Shown here: positions 38,961-52,732 of the stretch, piece by piece | How positions within the stretch are numbered: the stretch's first letter is position 1 | How the letters are laid out: the number at the start of each line of letters is the position of its first letter | Assembly: GCA_964521185.1 (NCBI GenBank) | Contig: CAZFRC010000002.1 | Location: forward strand, 7,779 to 71,778 | DNA: 64,000 nt | Direction: 5' to 3' | Origin: an uncultured Candidatus Saccharibacteria bacterium | Lineage (GTDB): Bacteria > Patescibacteriota > Minisyncoccia > Phycocordibacterales > UBA12088 | Position numbers and translations under genes: made by a program | The notes under the pieces: model-generated | Told to the model about the DNA's origin: nothing | The model's input: the letters and a program-made list of their open reading frames with translations, nothing else | Databases searched by the model: none

Positions 38961-40748
38961 ATGGAACGTGTGCAAAAACATGTATCGCTACAACCAGTGT
39001 TCCGATTTTTTTGGACGTACGTCAAAGAGCGACGACTGCTCGGAACCATTTCGATTGTTGCCGCTGTATTAGGTTCGTCCGGTAATCTTATTGCCCCCAT
39101 TCTGTATAAAAAGTTTTTTGATCTTCTCTCAACCGGCGATCCGTCTTCTCCGGAAATTGTTAGCTCGCTTATCTCCATTCTTGTACTTATTGGCGGTGTG
39201 TCTGGAATCGTATGGGTGGTTTGGCGTATCCAGTCGGTAGCAAACGTATATTTTCAGGCAAAGATAATGACTTCGCTTGTAAATGCCGCGTTTGCGAAAC
39301 TCCTGCCCCACTCGTACTCATTCTTTACTGGCAATTTCACTGGTTCTCTGGTTCGAAAGATCACTCGACTTCCACGCTCATTTGAATCGATCGCAGACAC
39401 GATCGTATTCAATTTCTTTGGTGTTGCGGCTACCGTCCTTGGTATGCCGATCATCTTGGCAGCACGACATCCGATCCTCGGCATTGGTTTCTTTGTCTTT
39501 GCTCTTACGTTACTCATCCTGCACATCGCTCTTGCCTCATGGAAACAAAAATACAATCTATATGCGGTAGAACGGGATTCAGAATTAACGGGAGCTATTT
39601 CTGATTCGATAGCGAACGAGCATACGATAAAAATATTTGCCAATGAATCCCATGAAGAAGCTCGTATTCAGGAAGTGTCAAGGCGTCTCGAGCAAGCACG
39701 GACGACATCATGGAATATCAGCATTATCATTGAGGCGGTACAGGCGTTGATTATGTTGGTGGCCGAGGTGTTGCTTGTGTACGCAACGATCCAGTTGTGG
39801 AGACAGGGTTTGGTGACCGTCGGCGATTTCGTGCTTATTCAATCATATGTGCTGACGGCGACGGGACAATTATGGAACTTCAATCGCGTCATTCGAGATA
39901 TTTATGAATCACTCGCCGATGCAACCGAGATGGTGGATATTCTAGAGATGCCATATGAGGTGATGGACCCAGCACAACCAGAGCACTTTACAATAACCAC
40001 TGGTTCCATATGCTTTAAAAACGTTTATTTTGAATACCATGGAATACCTCCGATTCTAAAAGATTTTAATCTTTCTATTCTCGGAGGAGAAAAGGTTGCA
40101 TTGGTTGGACCATCGGGAGCAGGCAAATCAACCATTGTAAAACTATTGCTTCGGCTCCATTCCATTTCTTCTGGATCAATTACAATTGATGGGGTATCTA
40201 CTGCCAACAGTACACAGAAGGAATTGAGGAGTGTAATAGGTTTTGTTCCGCAAGAGCCCGCATTATTCCATCGAACGTTATTAGAGAATATTCGATATGG
40301 CAAACTGGACGCGACTGACGACGAAGTCGTTGAAGCGGCGAAGAAGGCACACTGCCACGAGTTCATTACTAGACTTCCAGAAGGATACAATACATATGTT
40401 GGGGAGCGCGGGGTAAAACTTTCAGGTGGAGAACGCCAACGGATTGCCATAGCGCGAGCTATTTTAAAAAATGCGCCCATCTTGGTATTAGACGAAGCCA
40501 CTTCGTCACTTGATTCCGAATCTGAATTATTAATTCAAGACGCGCTTAAGATATTGATGGAAGGTAAGACGGTGATTGTGATTGCTCATCGACTTTCAAC
40601 TATTATGATGATGGATCGCATTATTGTGATGGAAAATGGAGCCGTGGTCGAAGAGGGAATTCATCCTGATCTTGTAGAAAAAGAGGGAGGTCTTTATGCG
40701 AGACTTTGGAACATCCAGGCCGGCGGTTTTGCTGAATATAGTGCATAA
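38961..40748 (+). CDS. ABC exporter, fused permease plus ATPase (MsbA/type I exporter-like).
   Basis: Six TM helices at the N-terminus, then Walker A GPSGAGKST, the signature LSGGERQRIAIARA, and Walker B ILVLDEATS. Confidence 0.9.
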   Translation: MERVQKHVSLQPVFRFFWTYVKERRLLGTISIVAAVLGSSGNLIAPILYKKFFDLLSTGDPSSPEIVSSLISILVLIGGVSGIVWVVWRIQSVANVYFQAKIMTSLVNAAFAKLLPHSYSFFTGNFTGSLVRKITRLPRSFESIADTIVFNFFGVAATVLGMPIILAARHPILGIGFFVFALTLLILHIALASWKQKYNLYAVERDSELTGAISDSIANEHTIKIFANESHEEARIQEVSRRLEQARTTSWNISIIIEAVQALIMLVAEVLLVYATIQLWRQGLVTVGDFVLIQSYVLTATGQLWNFNRVIRDIYESLADATEMVDILEMPYEVMDPAQPEHFTITTGSICFKNVYFEYHGIPPILKDFNLSILGGEKVALVGPSGAGKSTIVKLLLRLHSISSGSITIDGVSTANSTQKELRSVIGFVPQEPALFHRTLLENIRYGKLDATDDEVVEAAKKAHCHEFITRLPEGYNTYVGERGVKLSGGERQRIAIARAILKNAPILVLDEATSSLDSESELLIQDALKILMEGKTVIVIAHRLSTIMMMDRIIVMENGAVVEEGIHPDLVEKEGGLYARLWNIQAGGFAEYSA

Positions 40749-40934
40749 ACCTGTTGCAATACCAGAAGATCCGGTGGCATTGCAAGACACAGCTCCGGTG
40801 TATGTATAAGTATGTATAAAAAATTAACGAACGCATAAACGATTCGGCTGCTTTGGTGTGTTGTTCAAGAGAAAGGTTATTATTTTATAATATTTTGAAA
40901 ATGAGTTCGGTTAATTAATAAGTTAAACCTACCT

Positions 40935-42285
40935 ATGTATACCAGGAATGAATCGGAACATAACTCCATATCCGAAGCGCCACATCACGAAAGAACTTCC
41001 AGAGAGCTTCCTGATGATTTGCGTACATTAGGGCGAGAAATCACAAAGCTAGCCGAGGCGAGGGAACGCGGTCCGAAGCTTGAATTTCCTGATGCATACC
41101 CCAACGAGGCTGAATTTGTTCGTCGCTTCGTATCTGCCATATCACAGATTTGGATCGATGGTGTCGAAAGAATATGGAATGAAAAACAGCGCGGATATTA
41201 CCACTATTTATTTGAGACTCTCGCCTCACTCAAAGGTGGTCCAAAGGGATTACAGGAGTTCATTTCCACACGTCTTGCCGAGCTCATAGACACCATTGTG
41301 CATGGGGAAATTGAAGACATCGATATGTACCACGCGTGCGAGTATGGTGACAGCGCGCTTTCACTTCTTGCCCGATATGGAGCAAGCGTTGAATTGATAC
41401 GATTGCGGATGCCGGAGCTGGTTCGTACTATCGTCATCCCACCGCATATCTCGAATGAGGGAGGTGTGACGAATGACAGTGGGGCGGTGTTATTTCTATG
41501 TGGGTATGGGGCCAGAACCAATGCGTACAAAGGAATTTTCAACTTCATGAATAAGCCAGTTATTGCGTATCAGCTTCCTTACACTGGTGGGTGATCAGCC
41601 AGAGAAAGTCGGTGAGGCGTTTAACATGGTATATGAAACGATAATGAATGATCCTGACCTTTCGAAAGTTACGCATATCATCGGAAACAGTACCGGAAGT
41701 ATGTTTGCAAGCAAAATAGCAGCCACAGTAGCTACTTCAAGACAGCACGTCACAGACCCTCTTTCTGTGGCACTTGTTCAGACAGGTACGGGTTGGTGCG
41801 ATGCGATGGAGCGTACACAGTCCCTCTTTGCGCGCCAACTTCGACATTCGATGAGACGGCAACCAGGTTCCTTTATTCCTACAACGTTCGAGGATTTCAG
41901 AAACTATACTACTCGCTATGATCCTATAACGAATGCCCCAGACCTTGCGCGGGAGGTGGCGAAGGAGAAGCTTCACCTCAGCTTATTTTTCGGTATGGGA
42001 GATAAAATGATTACTCCCGACCCAAAACTCGTCAATCCTTTACTAGAATCTCTAGATGGTAATGGGGCCAGAGGGAAATATGAAGCTTATTCTTCCGATG
42101 TCGTTGGCCACAACGCCTCCATGCTGTATTTCCTCTGGCTTTCGAGAATGGGAGCTAGCCGATGGTCTGAAATTTTTTCTTTTCCAAACAGTAATCGTAG
42201 TCAATCGCAACTTACCGAAAGAATTATTGCGAAACATACGCGCAAAAAGAATCGTTCTTTCATAGCTCGTCGTTCAGATAAATAA
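40935..42285 (+). pseudogene. Alpha/beta-hydrolase-like gene split into two ORFs (40935-41594 and 41563-42285) by a +1 frameshift at a GGG run, 41589-41591.
   Basis: ORF1 ends ...VLFLCGYGA...LPYTGG* with the oxyanion/HG-like strand. ORF2 continues DQPEK...IIGNSTGSMFA (GxSxG)...VVGHNAS. Deleting one G restores a single frame. Confidence 0.6.
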
Positions 42286-42391
42286 GGATATCGTAAGTCC
42301 TTATTTATCTGCCCCAACCGCCATCTCCTTGTCTATAACACTACCTTACCAGCATGGGATTTTACCAAATGCGGTGGACGAGTGTAGGTAT

Positions 42392-42419
42392 TTGACAGTT
42401 TTCTAAATAACCGTATACT
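42392..42419 (+). promoter_or_regulatory. Sigma70-like promoter TTGACA-N16-TATACT about 340 nt upstream of 23S.
   Basis: TTGACA at 42392-42397 and TATACT at 42414-42419. The leader contains a GCCGCTC-gaaa-GAGCGG-TTTTTT hairpin at about 42493-42516. Confidence 0.45.
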
Positions 42420-42761
42420 GTCCTCTACGCATTTATGAGTACTAACAAAAAACCAACGAGCGCATAGCGAAACGGCTTGGCCGCTTTGATATGCCGCTCG
42501 AAAGAGCGGTTTTTTAGTGCTAACGAATGCCTGATTCTTTGACAAATCAATCCCGTCCCACGTGTTCGATTAGGCCTTCGGGCTTAGTCAGGGTCTTTCT
42601 GCTTTCTGATGAGGGAAGTCGAATAACAGGTGGAGGCGGATGGGTAAAATAAATGAAGGCAAAAATCACATCAGCTCACCATTGTTGTATGGTGTGTTGA
42701 TTACGAGCATAACAACAAAGCACACACACGTGCGGTTTGTAGGTGTCCACATGCGTGGAAC

Positions 42762-46212
<3,451 letters not shown>

Positions 46213-46330
46213 TTCGCACGAGGGCGTTTACAAGCCGCGCGCGTGGGTGTTTTGTTGATTTGTTCGAGTGAGAATGCTAAAAATTTTTTTACCTAGTTTT
46301 GAAATTTCAATAGTGATATTTTGCGGCTAT

Positions 46331-46442
46331 TGTTCCTAGTGTTTTATCGGAGAGGAAACACCCGTTCTCATTCCGAACACGGCAGTTAAGCTCTCTTGAG
46401 CCGATGGTACTCGAAAGGGGAGAGTAGGTAAATGCTAGGAAC
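46331..46442 (+). rRNA. rrf: 5S ribosomal RNA.
   Basis: CCCGTTCTCATTCCGAACACGGCAGTTAAGC...GCCGATGGTACT....AGAGTAGG. Helix I is closed by TGTTCCTAG/CTAGGAACA. Confidence 0.85.
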
Positions 46443-47015
46443 AATATCTACAAACGACATAAACACTGTGAAGCTCCGTCGAATCACCGGTATTACACCC
46501 ACGTATCTTTGGTTTCGTATGGAAAACGTCTACTACACTAAACTTCAACAACAAGGGGAGTTTCCATAGGTAGATTTTGACAAACCTATTTTTCGTGATA
46601 AATATCTTTCAGCCAGTCTAAGGACAGGCAGGGAGGGAAATTTCTCCTTTCTGTCCTTGTGCCCAGACCCGCCCCACAACGGGGGTTTGGGAGGCGCCTT
46701 CCGGCAAAGCCTCTCCTTGCAATGAGAGGGGGTCGTGTTGCTCGGTGTCCGCAAGAGCCCTCAATACTCAGGGGGTCTGTGGGTACTTGGCATGAGACCT
46801 TCTCATCACCAAGAAGGATGAGTGCCGCCGGGTAGCTTCCCCGCGAGCAGTGCGAGTTGAAGGAAGAAAGATGCGAAGACTTGGACAGGGATAACCCCCT
46901 AGCTCGGTCTCTGTAGAACCTTTCTCCTTGCACGCTCGCGGGGGGCTAAATATTTTTATGCTGGCAACAGAATAGTAATGGTAGTAGTTTTTAAATAACG
47001 GAGTACACTAACAGT

Positions 47016-47774
47016 ATGCCGTGGGCACTTGGTCGAAAACTCATGTATCTTGCTGGAACAGCGTTATTTGTTTCGGCGCTTGTTGGTATTCCTCTCTATC
47101 TTATCTTTCAAGAGGACCCATCGTGTGTTGATGGATTGCAAAATCAAGATGAACGGGGGATTGATTGCGGCGGTGTATGCCAAATACTTTGTCTTTCCGA
47201 GATAAACGATCTTGATATTTTGTGGAGCCGTTCGTTTAAGGTAGCAGATGGCGTGTACAATGCCGTCGCGTATATTGAAAACACTAACTTTACGGCTACT
47301 GTACGAGATTTGCCATATATCTTTGAGCTGTATGACAATAAGAATGTGCTCATTGCTGAACGTCGTGGAGAAGTGACGCTTTCTACAAATGGCGCAACTC
47401 CCATATTCGAACCTGCTATTCAAACGGGTACTCGTGTTCCCGAACGCACCTTTTTTCGATTTACTGCGACAAAACGTTTTGTTGCCACTTCGGCTTCAAA
47501 ACCGACGATTGAAGTTGAGGAAAAGACACTTATCAGTCCGGAAGATCATCCACGGGTTACTGCTGAGCTTAGAAATAATTCTGTTGACTCATATCGAGAC
47601 GTCGAAGTAGTTGCGATTGTGTATGATCGTTCAAGCAACGCTATTGCTGCATCTAAAACCGAAATACCAGTTTTTTCCCCTCATTCATCTCGCCCGGTTG
47701 TGTTTACGTGGCCGGCCGCGTTCTCAACCACTACGGCTCTTCGTATTGAGGTCATTGTGAAGATTCCTCTTTAG
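47016..47774 (+). CDS. Hypothetical membrane-anchored protein with a Cys-rich segment, upstream of ftsW/rodA.
   Basis: N-terminal TM helix; no recognised domain. Confidence 0.5.
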   Translation: MPWALGRKLMYLAGTALFVSALVGIPLYLIFQEDPSCVDGLQNQDERGIDCGGVCQILCLSEINDLDILWSRSFKVADGVYNAVAYIENTNFTATVRDLPYIFELYDNKNVLIAERRGEVTLSTNGATPIFEPAIQTGTRVPERTFFRFTATKRFVATSASKPTIEVEEKTLISPEDHPRVTAELRNNSVDSYRDVEVVAIVYDRSSNAIAASKTEIPVFSPHSSRPVVFTWPAAFSTTTALRIEVIVKIPL

Positions 47775-47782
47775 ACGTATAT

Positions 47783-48949
47783 ATGGTATTCGATTGGTTT
47801 TCTCGGTTGCTTAATCGCGCCACTATTGACTGGCCACTGCTTTTGTCGGCGATCTGCATTTCGCTCCTCGGTCTTGTTACCATGTACTCATTCACTGCGA
47901 ACGATTCTTTTTTTGCACGTCAAACAATCTGGATTGTACTTAGTGTCCTTGTGGCGCTTATTACATCGGCTATCGATCTTCGTTTCTTGAAGCGAACCAA
48001 TACCGTGGTAATTCTTTACAGCTCGGTTGTTATTGCACTGATCGCGGTTCTGGTTGTCGGCAAAGTGATACAAGGTGCGCAAAGCTGGTTTGATTTTGGG
48101 TTTTTTGTGGTCCAACCATCGGATCCTGCGAAGCTTGCGCTTATTATCTTGCTTGCCAAATATTTTTCAAGACGCCACATAGAAATTGCAAATATTCGAC
48201 ATGTGCTGGTATCTGGTTGGTACGCAGGACTTATCGCCCTCCTCATTCTTCTTGAGCCTGATTTCGGTTCCGCGGTGATCGTTGGAGGGGTATGGTTTGG
48301 CATGATGCTGCTTTCTGGAATATCGAAACGTCACGTGTTTGCGCTGCTTGGCATCGGATTTGTTGGGGTGGTACTCATATGGACGTTTGTATTTCAAGAT
48401 TATCAGAAAGAACGGATTATTAGCTTTCTCCATCCTCTGACCGATCTTCAGGGTGCTGGCTATAACGCCTACCAGTCGACAGTTGCCGTGGGTTCAGGAG
48501 AGTGGTTTGGTAAGGGAATCGGATACGGCACACAGTCAAAACTCCAGTTTCTTCCCGAGTACCAAACAGATTTCATTTTTGCTGCCTTTGCGGAAGAGTG
48601 GGGATTTGTTGGTGCCACCATGCTTGTGATGCTCTACGGAGTGGTGGTATGGAGACTTCTCCGTTTGGCGCTTCATAGCGTATCAAATTTCGAAACATTG
48701 TTGGCGTGTGGTGTAGCAATTTTGTTTTTAAGTCACCTCACTATTCATATCGGGATGAATATCGGGCTTCTCCCTGTTACGGGAGTCACTATTCCTTTCA
48801 TGAGCTACGGCGGTTCTCATCTTATGACCGAGTATTTTGCCCTTGGGATCGTCATGGCTCTTTCTCGGCATAGCCGAGGGCTGCATAAGGGAGATTCTGG
48901 ACATGAGATCCTTGATTCAAAAGAATTTGAGCGGCCGCTCATTTCTTAA
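47783..48949 (+). CDS. ftsW: SEDS-family peptidoglycan glycosyltransferase (FtsW/RodA/SpoVE).
   Basis: Ten TM helices. The signature is ...FLPEYQTDFIFAAFAEEWGFVGA... and ...GLLPVTGVTIPFMSYGGSHLM. Confidence 0.85.
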   Translation: MVFDWFSRLLNRATIDWPLLLSAICISLLGLVTMYSFTANDSFFARQTIWIVLSVLVALITSAIDLRFLKRTNTVVILYSSVVIALIAVLVVGKVIQGAQSWFDFGFFVVQPSDPAKLALIILLAKYFSRRHIEIANIRHVLVSGWYAGLIALLILLEPDFGSAVIVGGVWFGMMLLSGISKRHVFALLGIGFVGVVLIWTFVFQDYQKERIISFLHPLTDLQGAGYNAYQSTVAVGSGEWFGKGIGYGTQSKLQFLPEYQTDFIFAAFAEEWGFVGATMLVMLYGVVVWRLLRLALHSVSNFETLLACGVAILFLSHLTIHIGMNIGLLPVTGVTIPFMSYGGSHLMTEYFALGIVMALSRHSRGLHKGDSGHEILDSKEFERPLIS

Positions 48950-48952
48950 CGA

Positions 48953-50137
48953 TTACCGTCCATTGGTATATACCGCAATGGTTTGTTTGATCATAGATTC
49001 AAAGCTAAAGGCGGTTGCTACTCGTTCGGCGAACGCACTACTCATCATGTGTCGCGCATGCGTGGCATGGCAGAGATGTGTGATTGCGTGTGCCAGCGCC
49101 GTCGAATCTTCTTTTGGAAACAATATTCCGCATGGAGCGTCTTCTTGTAGTATTTCAGGTATTCCTCCCACATGTGCGGCAATGATTGGAACACGGGCGA
49201 TTCCTGCCTCAAGGAGCACATATCCGAATGCTTCTGATCGAGAAGGCAGCACTACCACGTCGAAGGCGGGAAGATAGGTGGCCGCATCTTTAATGTGTCC
49301 CAAAAAAATACATTGATGAGTGAGGCCTAGTGAATCGCGAAGTTTTTCAAATCGAGCTCGGTCGGCTCCGTCGCCAATAAAACACCACACAAACGTCTCA
49401 ATCTTTGAAATCTCTTTTGCTGCGCGAAGAGCCACATCAATGCCTTTTGTGTGAATGAGTTCTCCGATCGTCACCATCCACGTCGCATTTTTCTGTATTT
49501 GCTGCAGTGCAGGAGCGCGCTGTGTTAATGCGTCGCGCGCCATATCTTTTTGGAGTAATGTATCAGGGGTAATAATTCCAAGATGAATTACCCGCATGCG
49601 GTTTTTGCATCCAGGAAGTGCGATCATGGGTGCAGCTAATGCTTCTGAGACAAGAATAGTGTGATGTGCCAGTAGCACAGTCATCCAATGCAAAAAACGA
49701 ATGACTTCACGTACTGCTTTGGAGCGACTTTCATTAAACGCCCATCCATGGGCAGTAAAAATGATACGGGGGACTCGCGCCAAACGGCCGGCGCATGCGC
49801 CAAGTCCCCCAATTTTTGAACTATTAATATGGAGTATATGGGGGCGCTCAGATTGAAGTAGCCGGATAAGTGCGACAAGCACCTGTAATTCTCGTATGAG
49901 CGATCGAATTACGCGTATGGGATTAATCATCGACCATGTATCTTTCAGCATGGGTACGTCGTAGTGTAATTTCTCTAGAGAAATCGTTCGAATGCCACGC
50001 TCTTTCAAGCGTTCGTATAATGGACCTGTCCCTCCAAGTACTACCACAACCTCAAAACCCTTAGAGCTAAGATGTGTCGCCAGGTCGTATACATAGCGTT
50101 GAGCACCCCCCCAGTTCGACTTAGTGACCATGTACAT
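48953..50137 (-). CDS. Glycosyltransferase family 4. The start is trimmed to MYMVTKSNWGG; the ORF extends to 50236.
   Basis: N-terminal KSNWGGAQRYVYDL and the C-terminal EAFGYVLLEAGIARVPIIAAHVGGIPEI GT4 motif. Confidence 0.8.
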   Translation of the reverse strand: MYMVTKSNWGGAQRYVYDLATHLSSKGFEVVVVLGGTGPLYERLKERGIRTISLEKLHYDVPMLKDTWSMINPIRVIRSLIRELQVLVALIRLLQSERPHILHINSSKIGGLGACAGRLARVPRIIFTAHGWAFNESRSKAVREVIRFLHWMTVLLAHHTILVSEALAAPMIALPGCKNRMRVIHLGIITPDTLLQKDMARDALTQRAPALQQIQKNATWMVTIGELIHTKGIDVALRAAKEISKIETFVWCFIGDGADRARFEKLRDSLGLTHQCIFLGHIKDAATYLPAFDVVVLPSRSEAFGYVLLEAGIARVPIIAAHVGGIPEILQEDAPCGILFPKEDSTALAHAITHLCHATHARHMMSSAFAERVATAFSFESMIKQTIAVYTNGR

Positions 50138-50224
50138 TATTTTCTGTTTGCCTTCCATAACGTCAGTATACAACTTGCGAAAGGTCTCAGGTGTTGTATG
50201 GTGTGAAGGACATAATACCTTCCT

Positions 50225-51622
50225 ATGCATACCCACAATCGATTTGAGATCGTCCTGCTCCTCGTTGGTGACGTGGCTTGCTTTGTCGGTGCTTTGTATT
50301 TGTCCCTTGTGTTACGTTCCTTCGAAATCCCTTCAAGCAGCACGCTCCTCCTTCATATCAAACCTTTTTCTGGACTTTTTCTGCTATGGATTGGAATTTT
50401 TTTTATCGTGGGTCTCTATGATAAACAGACTCTTTTTTTGAAAAGCCAATTACCGTCTCGCATAGTTTCAACTCAATTCATCAATGTGGTGCTTGCCGCG
50501 ATGCTTTTCTTTGTTATGCCGAACATCGGGATAGCACCGAAGACAGTCCTGTTCATTTATCTCGTCATGTCCTCGGTACTTATCGTGTGGTGGCGTCTCC
50601 GTATATACCCAGGGATTCTTCCACGCCATCGCGAACGGGTACTTTTAATTGGCGAAGGGTCTGAAATCGAGGAACTGTTTTTTGAAGTGAATACCCATGT
50701 TCGCTACAATTTTGAATTTATTCGATTTGGTGAACATCAAGGCAAACAGAGCAACAAGCATGCTGAAGGGAACGCTCTTCTTGAAGTCATAGAGAGGGAA
50801 AGGGTTTCTACTATCGTCGCGGACACTCGAAACGAGCGTATAACTCCATTACTGCCGCTCGTTTTCAATCTCACGCTTCTCGATACAAAATTCTCTTTCT
50901 TTGATGCGGCAAAAGTATACGAAGATATTTTTGGTCGAGTTCCACTCTCGTTCTTCAAATACACTTGGTTTCTTGAACAAATCACATTGTCATCGCACAT
51001 AGTCTACGATATAGCCAAACGAGGCATTGATATCATCGGAGCCTTGTTACTCGGATTGCTGTGTCTTGTCGCGTATCCTTTTATTGCGCTTGCGATAAAA
51101 TTTGATGACGGCGGCGCTGTTTTTATCAGACAGGATCGCCTTGGGCTTCATAATAGCCGTATTCGGGTGTATAAATTTCGTACCCGTATGCAAAATGACT
51201 CGGGGGTATGGGAAGGGGAAAACAAGAATATTCCTACTCGCGTTGGGTATTTTTTACGAAAAACGTCTCTCGATGAATTACCCCAGGCATGGAATATTTT
51301 GATTGGAGAGATGTCTCTTGTCGGGCCACGGAATGATATTATAGGCATTGCGACACGACTTGAAGAAACCATTCCTTATTACCCCATTCGATACGTTGTT
51401 AAACCGGGTGTTACCGGATGGGCACAGACACATCAGGCATATGCTCCGGGGCGTATTAGTCCGCAATCGCTCGAAGAGTCAAAGGTGCGGCTTGCCTATG
51501 ACTTGTATTACATCAAGAACCGCTCCTTTTTGCTCGATATCTCTATCGCACTTCGAACGGTACGCACACTGCTTGAGCGGCTTGGGGTAAAGTTTGAATC
51601 GCGCCGTATCATTATGTTATGA
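50225..51622 (+). CDS. Polyprenyl-phosphate sugar phosphotransferase (bacterial sugar transferase, WbaP/CpsE-like).
   Basis: TM N-terminus, then the C-terminal ...AIKFDDGGAVFIRQDRLGLHNSRIRVYKFRTM...DELPQAWNILIGEMSLVGPR. Confidence 0.85.
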   Translation: MHTHNRFEIVLLLVGDVACFVGALYLSLVLRSFEIPSSSTLLLHIKPFSGLFLLWIGIFFIVGLYDKQTLFLKSQLPSRIVSTQFINVVLAAMLFFVMPNIGIAPKTVLFIYLVMSSVLIVWWRLRIYPGILPRHRERVLLIGEGSEIEELFFEVNTHVRYNFEFIRFGEHQGKQSNKHAEGNALLEVIERERVSTIVADTRNERITPLLPLVFNLTLLDTKFSFFDAAKVYEDIFGRVPLSFFKYTWFLEQITLSSHIVYDIAKRGIDIIGALLLGLLCLVAYPFIALAIKFDDGGAVFIRQDRLGLHNSRIRVYKFRTRMQNDSGVWEGENKNIPTRVGYFLRKTSLDELPQAWNILIGEMSLVGPRNDIIGIATRLEETIPYYPIRYVVKPGVTGWAQTHQAYAPGRISPQSLEESKVRLAYDLYYIKNRSFLLDISIALRTVRTLLERLGVKFESRRIIML

Positions 51623-52692
51623 GCACTACTCTATGTATTACAGGAGGAGCAGGGTATGTGGGCGCCATGCTCATTGATCAATTTTCTAAGCGCGACGATG
51701 TGGCAAAGATTGTCGCGCTCGACAAAGAACCAATACCGGAGTTAGTATCTCGCAATCCAAAGGTAATCTGGGTGCAAGCGAATACGTCTGATGGCACTTG
51801 GCAAGAAAAAATACGTGCGCATGCTCCCTCCGTCGTTATCCATACCGCATGGCAGATTCGCGAACTCTATGGCAATCGCGAGCTGGAGTGGAAATGGAAC
51901 ATTGAGGGTTCGGACGCGGTATTTGATTTTGCTTTTTCCGAATCGTCTGTCACAACGCTCATTCATTTTTCAACAGTTGCGTCGTACGGGGCGTTTCCAG
52001 AGAATACGATCGACCATCAGTATACTGAGGAAGAACCGTTTCGAGAATCAGAATATTTGTATGCCGAGGAAAAAAGGATCGCGGAAGCCCATTTGAAAGA
52101 GCGATATGAACGCTCGAAAAACAAAAGAATTGGACCGAAGCGAATTTATATTATTCGACCCGCTGCAATCACCGGACCCCGCGGACGTTTTTCCCGTATT
52201 AGATTTGGACTTCAATCGGCGCTTTCTGGCAGCCTCTCAAAGGAGAAATCATTTTTGTATACGTTAATTTCCTTATGGGTGTCATTTGTTCCTGTAACGC
52301 CAAGATGGCTTCGTCAGTACGTTCATGAAGATGACATTACTGATATCACCGCACTTCTCGCGTTTACCAAAACCAAAGAAACTTTCGAGATATTTAATGC
52401 TGCCCCCCCTGGCCTTCCTGTGCTTGGCGCAGACATGGCGGCAGCGGTTGGAAAACGCACTGTTCCGATTCGCCCCTGGATGGTTCGCCTTGCCTTTTTT
52501 ATCATGTGGCATGTGACGCGAGGGCGCATCCCAACTTCCCCAGGAAGTTGGCGTGGATATTCTTATCCGATCCATGTTAACGGAAGTAAAATAACCCGGA
52601 TGTATGGATACCAATATCGTTACCAGTCGATTGACGCGTTTCGTTTGACGGCAGGACGGTATGAGTATGTTGTGCCAAAAGAATCGCGTTAA
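51619..52692 (+). CDS. NAD-dependent epimerase/dehydratase (extended SDR).
   Basis: ITGGAGYVGAMLIDQF matches the GxxGxxG Rossmann motif. Confidence 0.75.
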   Translation: MSTTLCITGGAGYVGAMLIDQFSKRDDVAKIVALDKEPIPELVSRNPKVIWVQANTSDGTWQEKIRAHAPSVVIHTAWQIRELYGNRELEWKWNIEGSDAVFDFAFSESSVTTLIHFSTVASYGAFPENTIDHQYTEEEPFRESEYLYAEEKRIAEAHLKERYERSKNKRIGPKRIYIIRPAAITGPRGRFSRIRFGLQSALSGSLSKEKSFLYTLISLWVSFVPVTPRWLRQYVHEDDITDITALLAFTKTKETFEIFNAAPPGLPVLGADMAAAVGKRTVPIRPWMVRLAFFIMWHVTRGRIPTSPGSWRGYSYPIHVNGSKITRMYGYQYRYQSIDAFRLTAGRYEYVVPKESR

Positions 52693-52732
52693 ACCATAGT
52701 ACGTATAGATATCTTAACTTTCATTTCGACAT

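Noticed and set aside
46545-46933. Minus-strand ORFs (115 aa and 69 aa) in the post-5S region.
   Set aside because: They are Arg/Gly/Pro-rich low-complexity translations of a GC-rich structured region, more likely RNA than protein.
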